NCBI GenBank assembly: GCA_023231475.1
Contig: JALJEE010002538.1
Location: 1-50,626 of the forward strand
Reading direction: 5' to 3'
DNA: 50,626 bases
Source of the DNA: Seison nebaliae
Lineage: Eukaryota
Shown here: piece by piece, positions 44,381 through 50,626 of the stretch
Layout of the letters: every line of letters begins with the position of its first letter
How positions within the stretch are numbered: position 1 is the stretch's first letter
Program-made: the position numbers and the translations under genes
Notes under the pieces: model-generated
The model's input: only the letters and a program-made list of their open reading frames with translations
What the model was told of the DNA's origin: nothing
Database searches by the model: none

Positions 44381-47044
44381 TTAAAAAAAAATTGATTGAT
44401 GATGAAGAAAAGAAAAGAATTTATGATAAATAATAAAAATGATTATTTCAATTAATTCGATGACGGTTAAACATGACATGCCGAATAGTAGGCCAGCTAT
44501 ACCGCCACATCCTTCGATGAACATGTATGTCGGTTTCTGATAAACTTGTCGTTTCACGTCGAACATATTTAATTTCCATTTTATATCGATCTCTAATAAG
44601 GATTGTCTAATGAAAACGAATAATTTCTATAAAATAGAAACGATCAAATGAGAAACCGATATGCTTCGTGACTCAAACATTTCCCATAATAATCGCGATG
44701 AGTGCAATTTCTCAATTTTTCTTTAATAGTTTCCGGTAATTGATTTCCGTATGATTTCGTTTCAATTTCATAATCGATGTAGAATGAGAATTTATCAGGC
44801 GGACAATGACATTGAGAATAATTGAAATTCTCTTTTAAAATTCAAATTTAGAAAATGATCTATTAATTCTAACTTATTGCATTAACCATAAAATCCCGTT
44901 TGTTGATATTATATACGCAGAATTCTTTCATGAATGAATCATCCCGACGAATAGGCGAAAAATTTTTTTTCATTTTACAATGACCCAATTCTTCGATTAC
45001 ATCGTCATTACAAAAACGGTAACAACTATCCTCAGACGGTTCAAGTCCGAAATTGTCAATTTGATTATTCGGAAATTCATTTTCATCGAAAGTTGCATGT
45101 TGATACTGATAATAAAATTTGTTAATTATTAACTAATTTAAATAATAAATGTCATTTGTGACTAACCCAAGTCAATTCCAATTTGACTTGACTGCGACTA
45201 CCTATTTGGATGGATTTCGAGATTTCTCTATCGTCCACTCGTTCCTTTGGTAAAGAGACGATTAATTGAACGGCTTTCTATTGAAGGGAAGGACATAATG
45301 TTAAATTTACGAAATCCGTTCCAATTTACGATAAATGATGGAACTGAACTTTATTCAAAATATATTGGTTAATATCATCCATTTCATACGTTTTAATATC
45401 GTAAAGCAATTCCAATCCTTCGTTTTTCGGACTGAAATGAGTTTCGTTAAAGAAATACTCAATACAAGTGTTATATGGACTCGTTCCAGTTCGTTTCCAC
45501 TAATTAAAAAAATTTAAATAATTATTAATTTTTGAATATATAAAATGGAATTATTATTAATTATTAACTTCTTTTGAGCATTTACGTCCATTGAATTTAC
45601 ATTCGAGTTCTTCGGGATGAACTTCGTCGGCAATGTAAACTTTCTCCACATCTTCAAATGGAAGTATGTAGAGAAGATTTCAAAGACGATAATTGAATGA
45701 GAAGGAACTTTCATGGAATTTTGATCGGGAATCGAGTTTGAAAATGAAGAACGCGGATAATTCAATTCGAAGTTGATTAATGTAACGATAAGATGGTGTG
45801 TCGTCCGGTTCATTGGGAATCATTAAACGATCCACCAAGTGCATAACTCGTGATAAGTTACCCTTAAATTCTTTCTCGTTTAATCGACCGATTGATGGTC
45901 CATGATAGAAGTAATTAAATTTCCATAAAATAATGAAATAATTGTTGAAACTGGTGCGGAAAGATGACATGTCAAACAATTGCTCGTCATTCAACATCAT
46001 CGAAACGAATTGGCTAAGAATTCCTTTCAATTCTTCCAGCCTGCCATCAAACGGTATCAATTTCTTCCATGTGAAAATTACTTCGAAGAAGAAAGTGTAG
46101 AAAATGGAATATTCTTCGGCGAGGAGAATGTATAATGGTATGGTCATGATTTCTTTCAAACAATCATCTTCGAATAAACGACCTTCTTCTTCCAACATCT
46201 CTCCAACTTCTCGAGTGATATACCTGAAAAGATTGGACGGTAAATTAGTCCATTCTTTGTAATTTAATAGAAATAAATTTTCTATCGCATTTCTTCTCAA
46301 TTTTGAATGATCGAAATTATAATTCAATTTTACATTCATTTCATTAAATTTCATATCGTATAATAAGAGAGCGTAATGTAACATGTTTTGATCAGGACAA
46401 ATATTAAACATATGATTTCCATTGACACAGACCATTTTAGTCGAGTTCGTACCAACGCAGAAAACCCGATAAAATTCGTGATATTTCTTCTTCATCCGTC
46501 TCACAACCTCCATCATCAATTCTAACAAAATTTCGGTGGCAACCTCTTCTAGGAGAAAATTCGATGCTTTCAAATTGAGAACGTGATCGACATATTTCAA
46601 ATAATTCACTATTTTTCCCGATTCTTTCGCACTTCGTGTCAATTGACGATATTTACCCACATAACACAAAATAATTCGGGGCATGGGCAGAGTCGATTGA
46701 TATTCTCGTGAAGTTACTGTCAACGTCGCTTTCGATAGATATGGTTGGAATTCATTGAAGAGACCAATTCCTAAAAAACTTAAAACTTGAGAGAAAATCA
46801 AATTTCTTAATTGATTATCGAGAAGGAAATTACCGAGTAAATTCAGAACCATCCAAACGGTTCTTGCACACTTTTTCTCACTTCGTCCGATGCGCAATAT
46901 TCCATGATGGGTCGATTTTAAGAGAAGCGAATTAACATGATCTTTCCCTCCCATTTTTTTTCTTCTGAACTTAAAATAATAAATTGATTCGGGGTCAATT
47001 CCATCAATGAATCGTCGAACATGACAATTAAACATGTAGTTCAT
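44381..47044 (-). CDS. DEG/ENaC (ASIC/pickpocket-like) channel subunit, multi-exon
   Basis: Pre-TM1 STHHG, R.VW TM1, MPRIILC, CKFNGRKC, CHCPP and TM2 GGIAGLLFGMSCLTVIE (GxS filter). The first intron is probably 46786-46833 (48 nt, in frame, stopless). Confidence 0.88.
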
Positions 47045-47600
47045 TTCCGAGCAAATTTCTTCCAGAAATTCTCGTCCATCATCAAATCAATATTTTCTTC
47101 CTTTATTTTTCCATTTAATCGATTGGTCAGATTGATAAATTTTTGTTTGAAGACATCAAAATTTCCGGCTGAATTTACCATTTTCTGATATGAGTCTTAT
47201 ATATTCCGACAGATTTTAATGAATGAAAAATATTCATTGTCAAATCAATTTTAAAAAATAGGGAAAATTATTGGAAAAATTCATAAGAGAATTTTTAATA
47301 AAAATGGCCTTTACAAATTAGAGAAGAAAAGGAAAATAATCGCCAAGTGAAAATTTGAAAGAGAATTTGGAGGAATTGAAATTTAAATAATCGTCAGTCA
47401 GTTTATCGTGAAAAAATCAATTGATGGTGTGTTCATATGAAAAGTTTTGTAAAAACATTGTTCGGTATTTTGAAGATTTGGGTAATGTTGGTAATATGAA
47501 AATGTTCAAGGTCAGGTGAGTGGAGGATGTCTGACGTAACGATGATAAAGTAATACGAAATAATTTGGCTATTTCTATTTATCTTATTTCAGCTGGTACG

Positions 47601-49268
47601 ATGTTTGCAATACTAAGTTAAGATTCTTAATTCGATTTTAATTTAAATTGTGTTTAAGGAAGATTCCGGTATCAATACATTGGACTATTCGTATTATTCC
47701 TGGTCTTCATCACACTCAATAGACGACACAAAAACCTGCTACATTTAGCTCAATATGGAGAGTCGTCATTGTCTCGAAAAATCATAAGGTCAAATCATAT
47801 CTCAGCGAGATTACACACGTTCGATTCGGTCGTTCACTGTTTCGACAAGTACATTTGGGAGACGAAAGAGGAATTATGTTTATATCAGACGGTTTTGGTG
47901 TCGAAGAGTTCGAAGCCATTTCGCCAAAAGAAATATTATTGTTCCATTCATATTTCCGAATTGAGTGCGACGTTTGTGACGACGGCGAACGTGGTCGTCA
48001 TTAAAGAACGGCCGTCACTATCCCGAGGAATCTATTCATTGGAATGTTATGTGAAATCGTTGAATTTTAAAAACATTTCCGCTTTGGACGTTCGACTCTT
48101 ATCAACGAGTTTCAATTCGAAAGACAGCAAATTACTCTTATTGGCGACGGATAATAATTTGACTGTTCGATGGTATCGGTCACCCAAAGAAGTTTTCATT
48201 TACGATACATGTTATTGTTCGGCACCTATCATGTTATTCGACGAGACGGATGTGGATGATCTTTATTCGCATATCTTCTATTATTTCCATTATAACGTCT
48301 CATTAATCGTCCTCCAATTCCACGACGAGGATGATAAACATATTAACGAAATTAAAAGTTTCATCTCCACCAATATGAATTCCCATCAAATTTTCGTCAT
48401 TCGTCGCATCTATTTGGGGAAATTGAGGAAACATATCGACCCTGATAAATTGATCATGTTCAATTCCTGTTTCCATCGATACAAATATCAATGCAAGTCC
48501 TTCATTTCTCATGATCCAGACGAAATTATCATACCATCGGAAGCGATGCGAACTCCAAATTTCAGTTTCAATTATTGGGATTTCGTCGTGGACACTTTCC
48601 GCAAAACCGGTTATCGACAGCGGAAAGCTGATCGTGGCTATTGCGCTTATTTCGATGCGAACGTCTTGTTAGACGAACGTGATACAAATAGTGTGATTTA
48701 TGCACTCAATTCCTGGTTTTCTAGTAGTATCAAATTACCATATATCAACGCTAAATTGGGGGGATGTTGCAACACCAGATTCCGTGTGATGGATACGAAC
48801 AATATCCGGAAATATGAGGACACATGTCGACATCATTACACGAATGTACTTAATTTAACGGCTCGTTCTACGGAAATGAGACAAAAGTTAACTTATCGTG
48901 GACGGCGATATGTGAGACCATTAGCATTCGAAATGGCTTTCGACGAATTTCAAAGGAAATATTTCTGCTTAACTCCTCTATTGCGCGGACTGGGAACACA
49001 TGATGGTATCGGTCAAAATCTTCATACATCATTCGACGATTACATCAAATTGAAATTACAATTTGAGAAATATATTTCCGATAACACTTATTCGGTCACG
49101 GTGCCAACTCAACACGGTTTAGTTCTGCATCATCGCATCTATTTAAAGGAGCACATTCTCGATGTGATAGCCAGCATGCCCGTATATCCGTGCAAGAGTC
49201 TTTATTATAATAGGGCCAATTCGATATTGGAAACATTTTGGAACAACGTGACAACCGACAATCGCTAA
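47601..49268 (+). CDS. Glycosyltransferase family 92 (DUF23) type II membrane protein; coding intron 47617-47658, probable 5'UTR intron 47516-47592
   Basis: Spliced N-terminus MFAILRRFRYQYIGLFVLFLVFITL (signal anchor), CSAPI, FNSCFHRYKY...ISHDPDEIIIP (GT92 C..RY...DxDE signature) and distal LVLHHR. Confidence 0.72.
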
Positions 49269-49492
49269 TGAGGAAAATAAGAAAATTTTGTTAAGTTAAA
49301 AGAAAGATAAAATTCTTAAAGGATTTCATCTCACTTTTCAATAGTTCAATTATTTATTTGTTCAAATATGCTTTTTAGAAAAGTTTCGAGGAAAATAAAT
49401 CACTTTTTGGATATGTTTTTCTCTTAAAATTCTATTTTTATAATCATTCACAAATTGAATTAAATCTCTAATTAAATTTAAAAAATAATTAA

Positions 49493-49938
49493 ATTAAATC
49501 TGGTTTGATAGTTCTTCTCGATTCCAAAATGGTGGCATCCGCCTCACTCGATCACATCCGAAATAAATTCGTCCGTGCATCATTCCCATTCGCAACATGA
49601 TCGAAGTATCTTCCACTCTCAATCCGAATTCGTGTTTTCTCTTCACTAATTGATTCTTTAACTCACTATTATTCGTCTCGGAATCTTATTATCGCAGTTA
49701 CCGATATTCCTCCATTTCCTATTCTATATTGTCGACGCATTTTCCGCCTCCTAGACAACTTTTCGTCATCGGGGCTCTTCCCCGACATCTCATCTTTCAT
49801 TCAACGCTGTATCACATCGAATCATTCCATCTTTTCTCACACCATCGTATATTATTCGATAAACGACTCACCTCTTTCTACTGAATTTCGTGAGTTCATC
49901 TTCTCGTTCTTATCAGTGTCTCGGTTACGTGATGAACA
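49493..49938 (+). pseudogene. Decayed non-LTR retrotransposon, RT C-terminal (thumb) region
   Basis: Frame IKSGLIVLLDSKMVASASLDHIRNK...AT*SKYLPLSIRIRVFSSLIDSLTHY resembles the KYLG..LD.KL...HI...LP...R...SLI.S...Y pattern. One internal stop; truncated by the following repeat. Confidence 0.5.
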
Positions 49939-50113
49939 GGTACACGGTGATTTCGTCACCCTATAATTTTTAAGTGAAAACCGGTGATTTCGTCACCCAT
50001 AAAATGGTGATTTCGTCACCTCTTTTAGAGTATTTCGGTGATTTCGTCACCCATTTAGTCGTATTTCGGTCAATTCGTCACCCATTTAGTCGTATTTCGG
50101 TCAATTCGTCACC
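49939..50113. mobile_element. Probable DNA-transposon end with six palindromic subterminal repeats
   Basis: GGTGATTTCGTCACC at 49946, 49983, 50006 and 50037, and the variant GGTCAATTCGTCACC at 50068 and 50099, preceded by GGTACAC. The partner end is not in the window. Confidence 0.6.
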
Positions 50114-50364
50114 CATAATTATAATCGTTCAAGTTTTTATCGCAGTCAATATAAGTAATGGAAAAAATAATAAAGAAAATAAACATTTTAATTTAACGAT
50201 TTATTGGAAAGCTGATGAAATGATAATCCTGATCTGATGAGGAAATAATTCTATCTATTAGCGATGGTATATAATTTGCTTTAAATTTAGTTGAATAGTA
50301 ACAAATGTTGGCTTTAAAAAGTATTTCTTGATGGTTTCTAGTTATTTTAAAATTTTAAAATCGA

Positions 50365-50571
50365 ATGGATGTAAATAGTGAAACATTATGGGGTAGACTC
50401 AGCAGGGATGTCTATGCTGACATTAAGCAATTTCAAAGAGTGGAAGAATTAAAAACCAGGGTGACGTATTGTTGGGATAAAATCGAACAAAACTTTATTG
50501 ATAATTTAATTGATTCATTTCCACGACGAATAGTTGATGTCTTGAAAAATAAAGGTTCAGTTTGTTGCTAA
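50365..50571 (+). mobile_element. Tc1/mariner (Tc1/Tc3-like) transposase C-terminal fragment
   Basis: DVNSETLWGRLSRDVYADIKQF..VEELK......WDKI......LIDSFPRRIVDVLKNKG matches the DLNPIENLW...ELK...W..I...LI.SMP.R...V...KG pattern. The rest of the DDE domain is missing. Confidence 0.85.
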
Positions 50572-50626
50572 AAAGATGTTTTTTCCATAAATTTCTAAAG
50601 ATATGACACGCTTATTTAAAATTTAT

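Noticed and set aside
49946..50113. CRISPR-like array of palindromic repeats with spacers
   Set aside because: Repeats are only 15 bp, spacers are 8-22 nt and partly identical, there are no cas genes and the context is eukaryotic. It fits transposon subterminal repeats.
1..50626. Alternative genetic code or prokaryotic/viral origin
   Set aside because: Conserved genes end at ordinary TAA, TAG or TGA, and internal breaks are explained by GT-AG introns.

Overview
AT-rich, gene-dense eukaryotic DNA, almost certainly animal (ARNT, a 7TM GPCR, a DEG/ENaC channel), using the standard genetic code and very short spliceosomal introns (mostly 41-70 nt). The species cannot be determined from the sequence. 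I spliced the gene models by hand, so exon boundaries are predictions. Recognisable genes: NTF2, a divergent C2-WW-HECT ubiquitin ligase, AFG3L2, ARNT/tango, an orphan GPCR, PGGT1B, a tandem kinase plus pseudokinase pair, CLPTM1L, DNAJC25, a DEG/ENaC channel and a GT92 glycosyltransferase. Several orphan ORFs and decayed transposons are also present (a 1-kb MITE with an 8-bp TSD, LINE reverse-transcriptase fossils, a Tc1 fragment). Most interesting: (1) a head-to-tail kinase/pseudokinase paralogue pair sharing flanking domains I do not recognise; (2) most inferred introns start GTT with no GTRAGT consensus; (3) a three-exon secreted propeptide gene with a KR site and Cys-loop peptide, absent from the ORF track; (4) a DEG/ENaC subunit with Glu at the degenerin site.
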